The translations under genes and the position numbers were made by a program. A DNA stretch of 64,000 nucleotides. Origin: Armatimonas sp. (GTDB lineage Bacteria; Armatimonadota; Armatimonadia; Armatimonadales; Armatimonadaceae). Under the pieces are notes generated by a model. It was given only the letters and a program-made list of their open reading frames with translations. It was not told where the DNA came from and did no database searches. Shown here one piece after another: positions 48,580-58,865 of this stretch. The stretch spans positions 199,282 to 263,281 of the forward strand of contig JASGJG010000001.1 of the NCBI GenBank assembly GCA_049840835.1. The letters run 5' to 3'. Numbering within the stretch: the first letter of the stretch is position 1; every line of letters starts with the position of its first letter.

Positions 48580-51084
48580 CTAAGGAGCAGCGGGAAAGCT
48601 AACTCCTTCCAGCCAGCGAGAAACGTCTTCCAACGGAATTGCCTGCAGATCCAGAAGAACCTGCTCAACACCATCGGCCTGCGTAAATACGGTGCGTGCC
48701 AAGGCCTCGGCGCCATCGGGAGTGGGGCGCCAGGAAGAGAGATACTGTCCGGGAGCACAGATTATATAGCGCATCGTCCGCGCCTGGGGAGCAGGCGTGG
48801 AAAACGATTGATTGGCTTTGTCCCAGACTGCCAGACTCAATAAGTCACCCACAGCCGGCTGCTCTATCCACAGAGGCAGAGCTGCCGAGTGGGATCGCAC
48901 CACGGGAAAAAGTCCCTGACGCAGGGTGTCTATTCGGGCGCCCAGAAACTGCTGCCAGTCTTTCATAAGCCGCTTGCCTTCGTCGGTGGCTGCGGTGGCC
49001 ACATGGATACTATTCGGACCGACGGTCACCCCAGGCCCATGGGCATTGGGAGCGAGCAGAGAGACACCCGGAACCACAACCCCTATATGGAACGGTCCAA
49101 AAAGGATGCCCCTATCCAGATCAAGCGGGTCTGCCCCGGTGCGCCGCAGGAATGCCAACCGATTCCCCGGTCGCCCCCCGAAGTCATAGCGGGTGGAGTT
49201 GGAGAAGAAGGAGGGTTTGGGGGAGTACCCTGGCGGAGCGGTGTCAACAAGGGCAAGTCCTGCCAGCCCTGGTAGACCCGCCAACTCGTTTATCCGTGCG
49301 CGTACTTTCGCGGTTACTCCCGGTGCATCCGGGGCAAGCCACTCGAAAGCGGTCTTAGGAAGATAGGGGGATGGTTGGTCGGGTTCACGCCCACCGGTCA
49401 GGCGCTCGTCTCTATCCATCGCTTCTGGATTCGGAGTGGCCGCGAGCAGGTGTAGCAGGGCACCCACGGTTACTTTCTTTGTCTTTCCCTCTGCCAGGGC
49501 GGCAGAGAGAATCGCTTTCTCGGTGGCAATATCGGCGGAAAGCGGCATTGCCAGCCACAGGTTAGGCAGATGGCGCTCCGCCGCGAGCCGAACCAGACGC
49601 CTAGCTGTCTCCTGAGTGTCGGCCTGTAAAAGCAATATGGGAGGGCGCTTTAGAGCTACTTGTTTTGGTGGGGGCGGAGGCTCGTCTTCCACCTGTTCTG
49701 GGTCCAGGTCAGAAACAATTTGCCTCAGTGTCGCATCGCGCACAAGTGTGCCATCAGGGAGAATCAGCTCTCCCACCAGTGGTGCTTCTATCTGTACAGT
49801 ATCCGGCGTAAAGCTCTCGGCAGTAAGTTTGATTTTGTTGAAGCTCGCGGAGTAATCAGGGCTGTCGTAGCGGTTGCGAAAGGCTTCGACCTGTGATCGA
49901 ACATCGGGTGGAAGCTGCGCCAGAGGCTTTTTACCGGCGGATATACCGCTCAGGCTTCCCACGGAGAGAACCTCCGGTAGCGCCCAGGAGATTCGCTTCT
50001 CCTTCAGTTTGCTGGCTTCGGCAAGCGCGGGAGCGGCCCATGCCTGTCGCCGTGCCAGGCGAGCCAGAATCGGTTCCTTATCCACAGTAAGGACCCAGGC
50101 CTGCCCCTCCACCCTCCGAAACGTTCCGGTAAGGGCATAGGCAAGAGCCTGCAGAACATCTCCCACTCGCGCCGAGGCGCCCACGGAGTGCACGCTATAC
50201 CGAGCTAGTCTTGGGTCTACATACAACTCAGCGTTAGCTAGTTTCGCCGCCCGCGCTACCAGGTCGCCTACTGTCTTTGCTCCTTGCAAGGAAAGAGGAG
50301 CATCTAACTCTGGGGCCGCGTAGTTCAACTCCGAGGCCTTGGGTTGGTTCGGCACATCGCGCACCAGAGAGGAACCCAGCACAGTGTCGGTTGGCTGTTT
50401 GGGAGTGTTGTAAAGAATAGACAGATCTGGTTCGGAAGAAAGGACGATAAGCGGACCCTCTTCTTTTTGAAGCTCCGGCACCTGAAAGACCAGGCGAGTT
50501 CGAGGAGAGCGCACTACGCGCAGGCGAATCGCAGCTCGTTCGTCTCCAGAGATTTGCCGTGGCCGAAATACGAATCCAGCTCTAAGAGCAGGAGTATAAG
50601 GGTTCAACTCTATCGGATCCGGCAGCGACGATAGAAGCATGCGCGCCTGGTCCGGATTGATGTCCTCCATACCCAATCCTCGCTCGGAGAACAGGGCTTT
50701 GCGCTGTGATTCCTTCAGAGAGACAAGCAGGCGCAGGCGTCGCTCGCGGAAAGGAATAAGCTCTGTTGCATCGGGTTGGCGGGTAGGAGCGGGGAAGGTC
50801 CGCATCATCGTCGGCACCCAGACAGTGAGCCCACCTACCGAGGCGCTTTTCAGGCCGGAGGCAGCCGCCAATCCCTGCGGTGTCCAGGAACCGGATACAG
50901 GGGAAGGCGAAGTCAGAGAGATAGATGTTGCGTCTACTAGGAGCAAAGGCCCTTTTGGGGCAGCATCCCAATTTAGCTTCGGTAGCTCTTCAGCAAGCTT
51001 CGGAGGTTCATCCCCGAGATTCTGAGCATATACGGGCAAAGACAAAAAAGTAAGTGCACCAAGTAATACTAGTATGTCTCGCAT
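48580..51084 (-). CDS. secreted hypothetical protein (intact paralog)
   Basis: Signal peptide MRDILVLLGALTFLSLPVYAQ; ORF track extends to 51174 but likely start is MRD; unknown function. Confidence 0.6.
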   Translation of the reverse strand: MRDILVLLGALTFLSLPVYAQNLGDEPPKLAEELPKLNWDAAPKGPLLLVDATSISLTSPSPVSGSWTPQGLAAASGLKSASVGGLTVWVPTMMRTFPAPTRQPDATELIPFRERRLRLLVSLKESQRKALFSERGLGMEDINPDQARMLLSSLPDPIELNPYTPALRAGFVFRPRQISGDERAAIRLRVVRSPRTRLVFQVPELQKEEGPLIVLSSEPDLSILYNTPKQPTDTVLGSSLVRDVPNQPKASELNYAAPELDAPLSLQGAKTVGDLVARAAKLANAELYVDPRLARYSVHSVGASARVGDVLQALAYALTGTFRRVEGQAWVLTVDKEPILARLARRQAWAAPALAEASKLKEKRISWALPEVLSVGSLSGISAGKKPLAQLPPDVRSQVEAFRNRYDSPDYSASFNKIKLTAESFTPDTVQIEAPLVGELILPDGTLVRDATLRQIVSDLDPEQVEDEPPPPPKQVALKRPPILLLQADTQETARRLVRLAAERHLPNLWLAMPLSADIATEKAILSAALAEGKTKKVTVGALLHLLAATPNPEAMDRDERLTGGREPDQPSPYLPKTAFEWLAPDAPGVTAKVRARINELAGLPGLAGLALVDTAPPGYSPKPSFFSNSTRYDFGGRPGNRLAFLRRTGADPLDLDRGILFGPFHIGVVVPGVSLLAPNAHGPGVTVGPNSIHVATAATDEGKRLMKDWQQFLGARIDTLRQGLFPVVRSHSAALPLWIEQPAVGDLLSLAVWDKANQSFSTPAPQARTMRYIICAPGQYLSSWRPTPDGAEALARTVFTQADGVEQVLLDLQAIPLEDVSRWLEGVSFPAAP

Positions 51085-51146
51085 ACTGAAGTATACAAGA
51101 GGGTACAGGCTGCACAGATTAAGATTTTGCCGCGTACAATAGCGGA

Positions 51147-53150
51147 ATGAAACCGTACTATGGGCCGCTAGCACTCCTGCTGCTATTAGCGCTCACGGTT
51201 CTTTCTATGGATCCACCGTTGGCAGCGCCTACCAGTGCCCCAGAGAGTGAGTTCTCTGCGGAGAGGGCTATGACCCATGTACGTGACCTGGCACGGGCGC
51301 CGCATCCACCGGGTACTCCAGAGCACACCCACGTTCGCAAGGAGCTGATCAAGCGCTTTCAAGCGCTTGGGCTGACAGTACGTACACAAAAAGTGCGCGT
51401 GGTCCAGAAGTTTTCCAAAGAAGTACGTGTAGTTGAGGCACAGAATATTCTGGCGCGGTTGCCTGGGCAGGAAAAAGGGCCGGGGTTGATGCTCTGTGCT
51501 CACTATGACTCTCACCCCACCGGACCGGGGGCTGGCGATGATATGGCAGGAGTCTCCGTGCTCCTGGAGACGGCACGCGCTCTTGCATTAGAGAAACCAC
51601 GCCGCGATGTACTATTTCTGATTACCGATGCGGAAGAATATGGGCTGCTCGGAGCCGAAGGATTTGTAGACGATGCCCAGGAGCTAGAGGATTTTCCTCT
51701 GGTGCTGAACTTCGAGGCGCGCGGCGGCAGCGGTCCGGTCTTTATGTTTGAGACGGGGAAAGATAATGCCCCATTAATTGAGGCTCTGGCGCATACCCCA
51801 CGCCCACTGGCAACTTCGCTCATGTACGCGCTCTACAAAACCCTGCCCAACGATACAGATCTATCTGTCTTCAAGCGTGCGGGAAAGACCGGGCTAAACT
51901 TCGCGTTTGCCGAAAGCTGGAGTCACTATCACACAGCGCTGGATACCCCGGAGCGTTTAGACGCGCGAAGTGTGCAGCATCAGGGAGACTACGCCCTGGC
52001 TCTGGCCCGGCTGCTTCCCGGTACAGTTACAGAGAACAAGGGCGATGCTATCTACTTCGATCTCTTCAGTCGGCTTCTGGTTCGCTATCCCGAGTCTCTG
52101 GTCTGGCCACTGACGGCGCTGGGATTGGCGGCTTACCTCTGGGCGATACTCTCTACTCGGCGCGAGGAAAAGTTCTGGCGCAGCTGGCTAATCGGTATCG
52201 GGCTGGGGCCGCTGGCGCTTCTGAATGGTGCGGTTGTAGCGGTGTGCTTCGGGTTTCTGATAGGGCCACTCCGCGCCGGGGCTCCCTGGCGTGACCCCTA
52301 TGGCGCCCGCTGGCTAGAAGCCGCACTCTTCTTATTGTCACTGGCTGCGGCGCTGGTTCCACTGGGAATCGCACTACGAAAACAGTCTGCAAAGCCACCG
52401 ACTCTGGGAGCGCTGCTCTGGTGGGTACTGCTTCTGCTGGCGACTACTCTATGGCTACCAGGAGCTAGCTATCTGTTCCTCTGGCCGTTGCTTTTGGCTA
52501 CTCTAGGGCAGCTACTACGCCCCCATCCGGTATTGGCAATAGCGGCCAGTGTTCCAACGGTGGTATTGCTAACCCCGGTCTGGCATGGGCTGGCGCTGCT
52601 ATTAGGCTTCTCGCTGCCGCCACTGTTGGGTGGTCTAGTGGGGTTAGGATTGCTGCCACTGCTCCCGGTACTGGAAGGGCTGAAGCCGCGCGGGCTCTAT
52701 CTATTGGCTGGGGTAGGCGCTCTCTGTATACTGGTCGGTTGGCTGGGATTCCGTACCAGTGAGCGCTATCCACGTGTGGTCGCGGATTCCAAAGAGCAAA
52801 GCGCTCCGGCAACACCTAAAGCCACGGTAGTGCCGGGCAAGCTGACGCTGGCTCCGGCTCGCAGTGGATTCGAGCTGAGCGCCTTTACGAAGACAAAGGT
52901 TTCCAGCGCTATCTTAGATGGCAAACTGCTGCCACTGATAGACGGGAAACTGGCTCTGCGATTCTTAGCGCCCCCGCCCACCGGATTTGTGCTGCAGATA
53001 GACGCTCCCTTGGAGACAACAGTGACTGTGGGAGAAGACATTTTAAAGACCGACACTTCATTGCCGCCGAATAGCATCGTCGCGCCGGGGCCGTTTCCAG
53101 GGAATCGGTTACAGTATCGACGTAGCGTGACGCTACCGGCCCAGCCGTAA
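51147..53150 (+). CDS. M28-family peptidase fused to C-terminal polytopic membrane domain
   Basis: signal peptide; M28 zinc-ligand blocks LMLCAHYDSHP and ITDAEEYGLLG; then ~8 TM helices. Confidence 0.75.
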   Translation: MKPYYGPLALLLLLALTVLSMDPPLAAPTSAPESEFSAERAMTHVRDLARAPHPPGTPEHTHVRKELIKRFQALGLTVRTQKVRVVQKFSKEVRVVEAQNILARLPGQEKGPGLMLCAHYDSHPTGPGAGDDMAGVSVLLETARALALEKPRRDVLFLITDAEEYGLLGAEGFVDDAQELEDFPLVLNFEARGGSGPVFMFETGKDNAPLIEALAHTPRPLATSLMYALYKTLPNDTDLSVFKRAGKTGLNFAFAESWSHYHTALDTPERLDARSVQHQGDYALALARLLPGTVTENKGDAIYFDLFSRLLVRYPESLVWPLTALGLAAYLWAILSTRREEKFWRSWLIGIGLGPLALLNGAVVAVCFGFLIGPLRAGAPWRDPYGARWLEAALFLLSLAAALVPLGIALRKQSAKPPTLGALLWWVLLLLATTLWLPGASYLFLWPLLLATLGQLLRPHPVLAIAASVPTVVLLTPVWHGLALLLGFSLPPLLGGLVGLGLLPLLPVLEGLKPRGLYLLAGVGALCILVGWLGFRTSERYPRVVADSKEQSAPATPKATVVPGKLTLAPARSGFELSAFTKTKVSSAILDGKLLPLIDGKLALRFLAPPPTGFVLQIDAPLETTVTVGEDILKTDTSLPPNSIVAPGPFPGNRLQYRRSVTLPAQP

Positions 53151-54068
53151 GGTTTGCTGCTCTGGTTCGGTAGTGGTGTAGGTGCCTACACCGACTGCCT
53201 GGGCCAGCTCTTCTTGAGCGGCCGCTACAGAGGCGGCTTCGCGAGCCACTCCCTGCACTTGCTCGGCTAGGGCAGAGAATCTCCCTATACCCAGGCTACT
53301 GGCAGCTCCGCTGGTGCGTGCCAGCGCAGGCAGGGCCGCACGACAACCCTCTATCTGGGCCAGCACTTCTTGCCGGAGTGTGCGGGTGCGGCGGGCGAGT
53401 TTCAGAGCGTCCGTGGTAGCCCGAGCACGCCGCACCGTGGCCTCCGCCTGCCGTTGTAGCGAGGAAGCAATGACTTCGTCTTTTTCACGCCGGGCACGTA
53501 TGAGAAGAGTCTCGGCATCCACTACCAGGTCCGCCACATCGATGTCGGGCAGCTCGGCAGGAGCGGGCAGGTCACTAACGGCGTCGCCCAGAGCTTTCAG
53601 GGTGCGGCGTAGCTCGTTGGCCGTGCTTTCTTCACTGACCTCTAGCTCCCGCATCTGTTGCGCTAGCTTTACAAACGCTTCTTCCAGTCCATCGCTGACT
53701 TTGGGCATAGGTAGCGGGCGACCAATAAGACTTGCCAGAAACGCTACCGGAGCGGGAATGTCGAACGCTTTCTGTGAGGCGGGCCGAATGAACTCTATTT
53801 CATCGTCCGTGACTGGGGCGGTTGTCAGTTGGCGGCGACCTCGCCAATCATTGTGCAGAAAACCGGCTCCCAGCGCTATCATCACCCCACCAACGGCAGC
53901 AACTATAGTGGCCTGAGAGAGCGCCCCGACGCTAAAGGTTCCGGCACCCACCACGGCGGTACTGATCATTCCGATTTTCTCGGCGGGGCTCATGGTCCGT
54001 ATTTCACGGCGACGATTGATGAGCGTGCTTTCAAATCCTGTGCCCAGGTCGGCGGGAGTGAGGTTCAT
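53133..54068 (-). CDS. membrane-anchored coiled-coil protein, paralog 1 of 4
   Basis: N-terminal M.L.P.DLG motif, Gly-rich TM segment, Ala/Arg/Glu-rich coiled coil; aligns with three upstream neighbours. Confidence 0.55.
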   Translation of the reverse strand: MNLTPADLGTGFESTLINRRREIRTMSPAEKIGMISTAVVGAGTFSVGALSQATIVAAVGGVMIALGAGFLHNDWRGRRQLTTAPVTDDEIEFIRPASQKAFDIPAPVAFLASLIGRPLPMPKVSDGLEEAFVKLAQQMRELEVSEESTANELRRTLKALGDAVSDLPAPAELPDIDVADLVVDAETLLIRARREKDEVIASSLQRQAEATVRRARATTDALKLARRTRTLRQEVLAQIEGCRAALPALARTSGAASSLGIGRFSALAEQVQGVAREAASVAAAQEELAQAVGVGTYTTTEPEQQTLRLGR

Positions 54069-55051
54069 CGGCGGAGTACCTGCTGTTGTGGTGTCTCTGA
54101 CTCTACCACGACCGGGCGAGGAGAGATACGGTCCACTTCGTTTTCTGCATCTATGGAACTGACTGCCTCTGCGGCTACACGCCGAACGTTCTCCGCCATA
54201 TGGGATAGGTCCGCCAGGGAGGAGCGTGCGGTATCCACGCTCAGCGCGGCGAGTCCTTCGCGCAGGGCCTCTATCTGAGCCTGAATCTCAGCTTTCAAGG
54301 CTGCTGTGCGCTTCCCAGCAAGAGCAGTGCGCTCCGCAGACTCGGCGCGGCGGCGTAAGGCATCCGCGCGCCGGGTGAACGAATCACTGGTCACTCGATC
54401 TGTCTCCGCGAGTGCCTGAGCATCTATAGAGTCGGCCTCCGCACGTAGATTATCCGTATCCACGGCAGAGGGGGCGACTTCCGGCAGAGAGTCCAGCGCC
54501 TCAGCGAGCGCGGAGATACTTTTGCGAACCTCGGAGGCGGGTGGATCCGGCAAGTTTGTGCGAATCGCATCGCGCACCAGCCCCAGAAACGTTCGCTCTA
54601 AATCGTCTTCTGATTTCTCTACCAGCGCGTCGATCTCGCTCACACTCAGTGGTTTCCGGTTCAGGTCTTTGAAAGCTGCCTGAGCAAAAGGACCGGCTCC
54701 CAGCGCGAAGAGCCCTGCGGTTGCCGCGGTCCAGCTTGCCCACCCGATAGCCGGGTCCAGCCCACTCTTCTTGCAAAGTATCAGGAAAACCATGCCCGAG
54801 AAGAAGCTACCCAGGCCGCCTGTTAGCCAGGTTGAAGCCTGCGTATGTGTGGAGGCGGCAGGATTCACACGGGCCGCCTGTGCCTCGGTCAATCCGCTCC
54901 CTTTCGCCCAGATGCGTCCCAGAAAACCCAATTTTGGTGGAGGCGGCTCCGCAGGCGTGCTGACGCCGGGCTGGCCATAGCCCGCCATCGCTCTTGCATA
55001 TACCGTCTGCGTATGGTGCCGGGCACGCAGGTCATACGGGAAAAGATCCAT
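54065..55051 (-). CDS. membrane-anchored coiled-coil protein, paralog 2 of 4
   Basis: shared blocks EIDALV..LERTFLGLVRDAIR, VTSDSFTRRADALRRRA, LKAEIQAQIEALREGLAAL; 4-nt start/stop overlap with neighbours. Confidence 0.55.
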   Translation of the reverse strand: MDLFPYDLRARHHTQTVYARAMAGYGQPGVSTPAEPPPPKLGFLGRIWAKGSGLTEAQAARVNPAASTHTQASTWLTGGLGSFFSGMVFLILCKKSGLDPAIGWASWTAATAGLFALGAGPFAQAAFKDLNRKPLSVSEIDALVEKSEDDLERTFLGLVRDAIRTNLPDPPASEVRKSISALAEALDSLPEVAPSAVDTDNLRAEADSIDAQALAETDRVTSDSFTRRADALRRRAESAERTALAGKRTAALKAEIQAQIEALREGLAALSVDTARSSLADLSHMAENVRRVAAEAVSSIDAENEVDRISPRPVVVESETPQQQVLRR

Positions 55052-55053
55052 AC

Positions 55054-56004
55054 TTAACCCAATCGTACCTTTTGCGGGGCGGAATCCAGCTCGTTACGGG
55101 CATCTGCCAGAGAGGTAGCTTCGGCAGCCACGCGCCGCGCAGACTCGGCCAGGTTCGCCAGCTCGCCAATGCCACTCTGTTCTGTACTCTGTACAGCTAA
55201 GCCGATTCTCAGGGCTTCGGTCTGTGCCACTAGCTCATCACGCAGCACTGCGTTGCGCCGCAGAGTCTGCTGGGAGCGGGAAATTGCATTTGCGGAGCGC
55301 TCGCGGGCATCTGCCTGGCGAATCAGAGAGTCGGAAACAGTCTGATCTGACTCCTGCATTCCCTTTTCGCGTAGCGCTTTCGCCTCTGCCTGCAGGGTTT
55401 CTGGAGCAACGGCAGCACTCTCTGGCGCAGCAGAGGGTAGCTGCTCCATAGCGTCACCCAGGGCACGCAGGGCGCTACGAAGCTCATTTTCCGCAGACTC
55501 GCTCAGGTTGCTCTGACGCAGGGTGTCCTTTATCAACTGGAAATAGGCGCGCTCCAGCGGGTCATTGGCAGCGGCCAGCAGGGCATCTAACTCCGCTTCC
55601 TGCAGGGGAGCCTTGCAGTCGCGGCTCAGCAGAAAGCGCGGCGGAAGCTGCCCAAGGGTGATACCCACGGCTGCCAGTACCGGAACCACTACAGCGACAG
55701 TGGAGAGACCGTGGGGCATTGCGGACAGCCCCATCATTCCCAGAGCGCCACCCCAGGCGCAAGAGAGCACCGTGCCAAAAGTAGAGAAGGATTGCCCAAC
55801 CCTGTCCATAGTCAGGGTAGCGGCAGGCTCTGTCATGCCGGTGCTGCGCTTCAGAAATCCCTGGAAAGGACCGAAAGCCGGGCCAGTCTGGTTCATCATG
55901 GCTCGGCGGCCATGGGTTCGGGAGCTTCCTACGCTTGCCGCTACACGCCGGGCGACAAGCTCTGCGCCCAGCTCCGGGCTGAGGTCACCGGGCAGAAGTT
56001 TCAT
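55054..56004 (-). CDS. membrane-anchored coiled-coil protein, paralog 3 of 4
   Basis: shared blocks ELDALL..LERAYFQLIKDTLR, VSDSLIRQADARERSA, LRDELVAQTEALRIGLAV. Confidence 0.55.
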   Translation of the reverse strand: MKLLPGDLSPELGAELVARRVAASVGSSRTHGRRAMMNQTGPAFGPFQGFLKRSTGMTEPAATLTMDRVGQSFSTFGTVLSCAWGGALGMMGLSAMPHGLSTVAVVVPVLAAVGITLGQLPPRFLLSRDCKAPLQEAELDALLAAANDPLERAYFQLIKDTLRQSNLSESAENELRSALRALGDAMEQLPSAAPESAAVAPETLQAEAKALREKGMQESDQTVSDSLIRQADARERSANAISRSQQTLRRNAVLRDELVAQTEALRIGLAVQSTEQSGIGELANLAESARRVAAEATSLADARNELDSAPQKVRLG

Positions 56005-56990
56005 CGGCGGCCTGCCTGGACTAACTGTGGGCCAGCGTCCAGTTCCGCTGTCGCACGTGCCAGCGAGGTCGCCTCGCCCGCCACAGCGCGTGCGGAGGTC
56101 GCCAGCTGGGTCAGCGCGGTTTCATCAGTATGTCCTGCGGTGTAGTAGGCACTCAGGCCGAGCCGTAAGGCTTCGATCTGCGCGGAAAGCTCCTCACGCA
56201 AGGCTGCCGCGCGTCGGAGACCGAGCTGCGAGTGTCCCAGAGCATCTGCTTGCCGTGCTAGCGCATCTGCCCGGCGCTCCAGAGACTCGGAGACAACGGG
56301 GTCCGCTTCAGCAAGCGCTTTTTTGTGTAGCGCCGCAGCGTCGGCACGGAGTGCATCGGCATCGGGTAGGTCGCCATCCATTACCGGCAGTGGTGGCAGA
56401 GATGCTATGGCTTCACCAACGGTTTTTATTGCGGAACGGACTTCATCTGCTGCTTTTTCCGGAGCGCCTTGAATTCGCACCGCCTCGCGCACCAGCCCGA
56501 GATAGGCTTTCTCTAAAGCATCGCTGGTTTCATGGAGTAGGGCATCTATCTCACCCTCGCTCAGTGGCGTACTTGCCCAGCGCTTCAGATACGCCCGGGG
56601 AGCCGTCAGGCCCGCGAAGATACCACCAACACCAGCCACGGCGAAGACCGAGCCCAGAATCAGCATGACAGTGCTATCATTGCCCCGGCCTGCCAGGCCG
56701 CCTGCCAGCATACCAATAGCCGGGCCGCCGAATCCGCCGCCGAATCCGCCCGCGAAGCCACCTACGATTCCACCGGTGAACCCGCGTGTAGCCGCAAGAA
56801 GCGCCGCGCCGGTTTCCTCATCTACATCCAAACCCTTGAGCCAGTAGCGGCCCAATGCTCCAATAGACGTGGGGGTTACTGTAGAGCGGGGAAACTGCGC
56901 TGCGCCCGAACGACTGACATAGGGAGCAACCCGCCCCAGAACAAGCTGCGCGCAGCGCTTTGAACCAAGGTCCGTGGGGCGGATATCCAT
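56001..56990 (-). CDS. membrane-anchored coiled-coil protein, paralog 4 of 4
   Basis: shared blocks EIDALL..LEKAYLGLVREAVR, VVSESLERRADALARQA, LREELSAQIEALRLGLSA; long GGFGGGFGG region. Confidence 0.55.
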   Translation of the reverse strand: MDIRPTDLGSKRCAQLVLGRVAPYVSRSGAAQFPRSTVTPTSIGALGRYWLKGLDVDEETGAALLAATRGFTGGIVGGFAGGFGGGFGGPAIGMLAGGLAGRGNDSTVMLILGSVFAVAGVGGIFAGLTAPRAYLKRWASTPLSEGEIDALLHETSDALEKAYLGLVREAVRIQGAPEKAADEVRSAIKTVGEAIASLPPLPVMDGDLPDADALRADAAALHKKALAEADPVVSESLERRADALARQADALGHSQLGLRRAAALREELSAQIEALRLGLSAYYTAGHTDETALTQLATSARAVAGEATSLARATAELDAGPQLVQAGRR

Positions 56991-57012
56991 ACAAAAAGCT
57001 CCTCGATACCAA

Positions 57013-57672
57013 TTAGCGACGAGTCATCACGATAATAATAATGGTCAGCGCCGCGATTCCGCCCAGTCCCAGCACCATCCAGTCGTAGGTGCCGAAGAAC
57101 GTGACCAGGAAGACCGCCGTGGCTCCGATAATGCCGAGAATGATTCCCAGTCGGGCCGCGCTGGAGGGATTGCCCTGTTTATTCACAGAGCGCGCAATTA
57201 AGTAGAAGAGAAAGGGAATCGCCAGGAGGCAGACCAGAATACCGATGCCCGCCTTGAGCCACTTATCGCTCACCGACGATACCGAGAACGTGTAGAACTT
57301 GGCCGCATCTTCCGGGTAGCGCGTGGTTTTACCCGTAGCAGTCTTTACCTCGAAGTAGCCGCTGTGCGCGCCCTTCTCAAAGCCATTGATAGCCCAGATA
57401 AGCGTAGCGCCGTTCTCCATGGTTCCTTCCATAGACTTAAAGTCGAAGGAAACACGGGTCGGGGTTTCGTTGATGAACTGGGCGCTCTTGATTCGGTCAC
57501 CGTCTTTATCGGTGTACTCCAGGCGCAGAGAGTAGGGTTTGCCTGGCTCATAGTCGCTCTGGAGCTTGAACTGCGGCTCAGAAGCTTCTTTGAGGGTGGG
57601 AGCCTGCGCAAAGACGGGCAGAACCATCGCCAGCATGGCGAGCAGCGTTACGAAAAGTCGAGTCTTAATCAT
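57013..57672 (-). CDS. exported protein with C-terminal membrane anchor helices
   Basis: signal peptide MIKTRLFVTLLAMLAMVLPVFAQA; two C-terminal TM helices. Confidence 0.5.
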   Translation of the reverse strand: MIKTRLFVTLLAMLAMVLPVFAQAPTLKEASEPQFKLQSDYEPGKPYSLRLEYTDKDGDRIKSAQFINETPTRVSFDFKSMEGTMENGATLIWAINGFEKGAHSGYFEVKTATGKTTRYPEDAAKFYTFSVSSVSDKWLKAGIGILVCLLAIPFLFYLIARSVNKQGNPSSAARLGIILGIIGATAVFLVTFFGTYDWMVLGLGGIAALTIIIIVMTRR

Positions 57673-57677
57673 GTTTT

Positions 57678-58865
57678 TCAGAAACTCTTGGCCGGGTCTA
57701 TGAGCTTGAGCCGTATCTCTTTGTCTGTCAGACTCACCCGAATCTCATCGCCATAGCGTACGACGGTGGGTTTGTCTAACGGCACTCCGTTGATAAAGAC
57801 TCTTGCGGCGGCATTTGGTTGCGGGTAGAGCATAAGCTGCCCGCGTGCACCCGTGAGTTTCCCTACCGGATCTTTTGTGCCAGCCAGTGGGTAGGCGTCG
57901 AAAGAGGCCGCAGCACCCTCACCGCCGAGCCGCACACCCACATTACCTTTGAGCTGAAAATCTTTCGGACTGCCCCCCGAGGAAAGCGCGACACGCAACG
58001 GCATAGGCTTGGGGTTCAAGAAGAAGTATGCCCCCGCTCCCAGAGCGAGCACGGCCAGCCCGCCTATAATGGCAGCGACTGGGGGACCATCTGGCTTTTC
58101 GGAGTTCGGTATCGGCGGTGGCGTGGTCTCAACAACAGGGGCAGGAGTAGGGGCATCCTTGGGCAAGCGCTCCTTGGGGCGCCCATTCTCATCTAAGCCG
58201 ATACCCACGCCAAACGTATGGTCCTTATACTTCAGCAGAAGTCGCTCATAGTCAGCGTTCTCCGTAGTCTTGGGATACTTATCCAGCCGCCCACCCGGAA
58301 TGTAGTACTTCAGGTAGGTCACGCGCTCCGGGTCTTCCGGCTTCGGTTCATCGTTGAACGAGTCCGTGAGCAGCACAATATACGAAGGCTTCGGCTCCGC
58401 GCCCTCTGCCAGCTTCAGAGCTTCATGGTGGGGCTTGCGGATATTGGTGCCAGCACCATTCTCCGGCTGCGTGGGCACCTGCGCGAAAAGGCTCTTTTTG
58501 TCGGACTCGCTCTGCAGGGTCTCATCAAAGACTTTCTTGTAGCCAGAACCGAAGGTGAACAGGGCGACTCTATCGCCTTTTTGAGCACCTTCGTTCAGCA
58601 GGGTATAGATGGCTTCGCGGGTGCGGGCCAGCATCCGGTCCTTTCTCATGGAGCCGGAGACGTCTAAGACCAGAAGCAAATTTTTTGGCGAGGTGGTCTG
58701 CATAGCATGAACCGCGTCGCCTGCCTCGCCAAGATCGGTATCCTGAGCATGAGTCGGGCTCATCCCCAGAATCCACAGCGCCCACAGCGCCAGCATCCAC
58801 CGTAAAGTTCGCACGATAGTCCATTGTACCGATACAATAGCCCGGTTTCCAAAGATGCTGGTCAC
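57678..58865 (-). CDS. von Willebrand factor A domain protein with C-terminal FHA-like domain
   Basis: MIDAS LLLVLDVSGSM; C-terminus ..VFINGVPLDKPTVVRYGDEIRVS.. FHA-like. Confidence 0.7.
   Translation of the reverse strand: MTSIFGNRAIVSVQWTIVRTLRWMLALWALWILGMSPTHAQDTDLGEAGDAVHAMQTTSPKNLLLVLDVSGSMRKDRMLARTREAIYTLLNEGAQKGDRVALFTFGSGYKKVFDETLQSESDKKSLFAQVPTQPENGAGTNIRKPHHEALKLAEGAEPKPSYIVLLTDSFNDEPKPEDPERVTYLKYYIPGGRLDKYPKTTENADYERLLLKYKDHTFGVGIGLDENGRPKERLPKDAPTPAPVVETTPPPIPNSEKPDGPPVAAIIGGLAVLALGAGAYFFLNPKPMPLRVALSSGGSPKDFQLKGNVGVRLGGEGAAASFDAYPLAGTKDPVGKLTGARGQLMLYPQPNAAARVFINGVPLDKPTVVRYGDEIRVSLTDKEIRLKLIDPAKSF

Noticed and set aside
53314-54278. Plus-strand 200- and 149-aa ORFs
   Set aside because: Antisense to the coiled-coil paralog genes; Ser/Arg/Ala low complexity.
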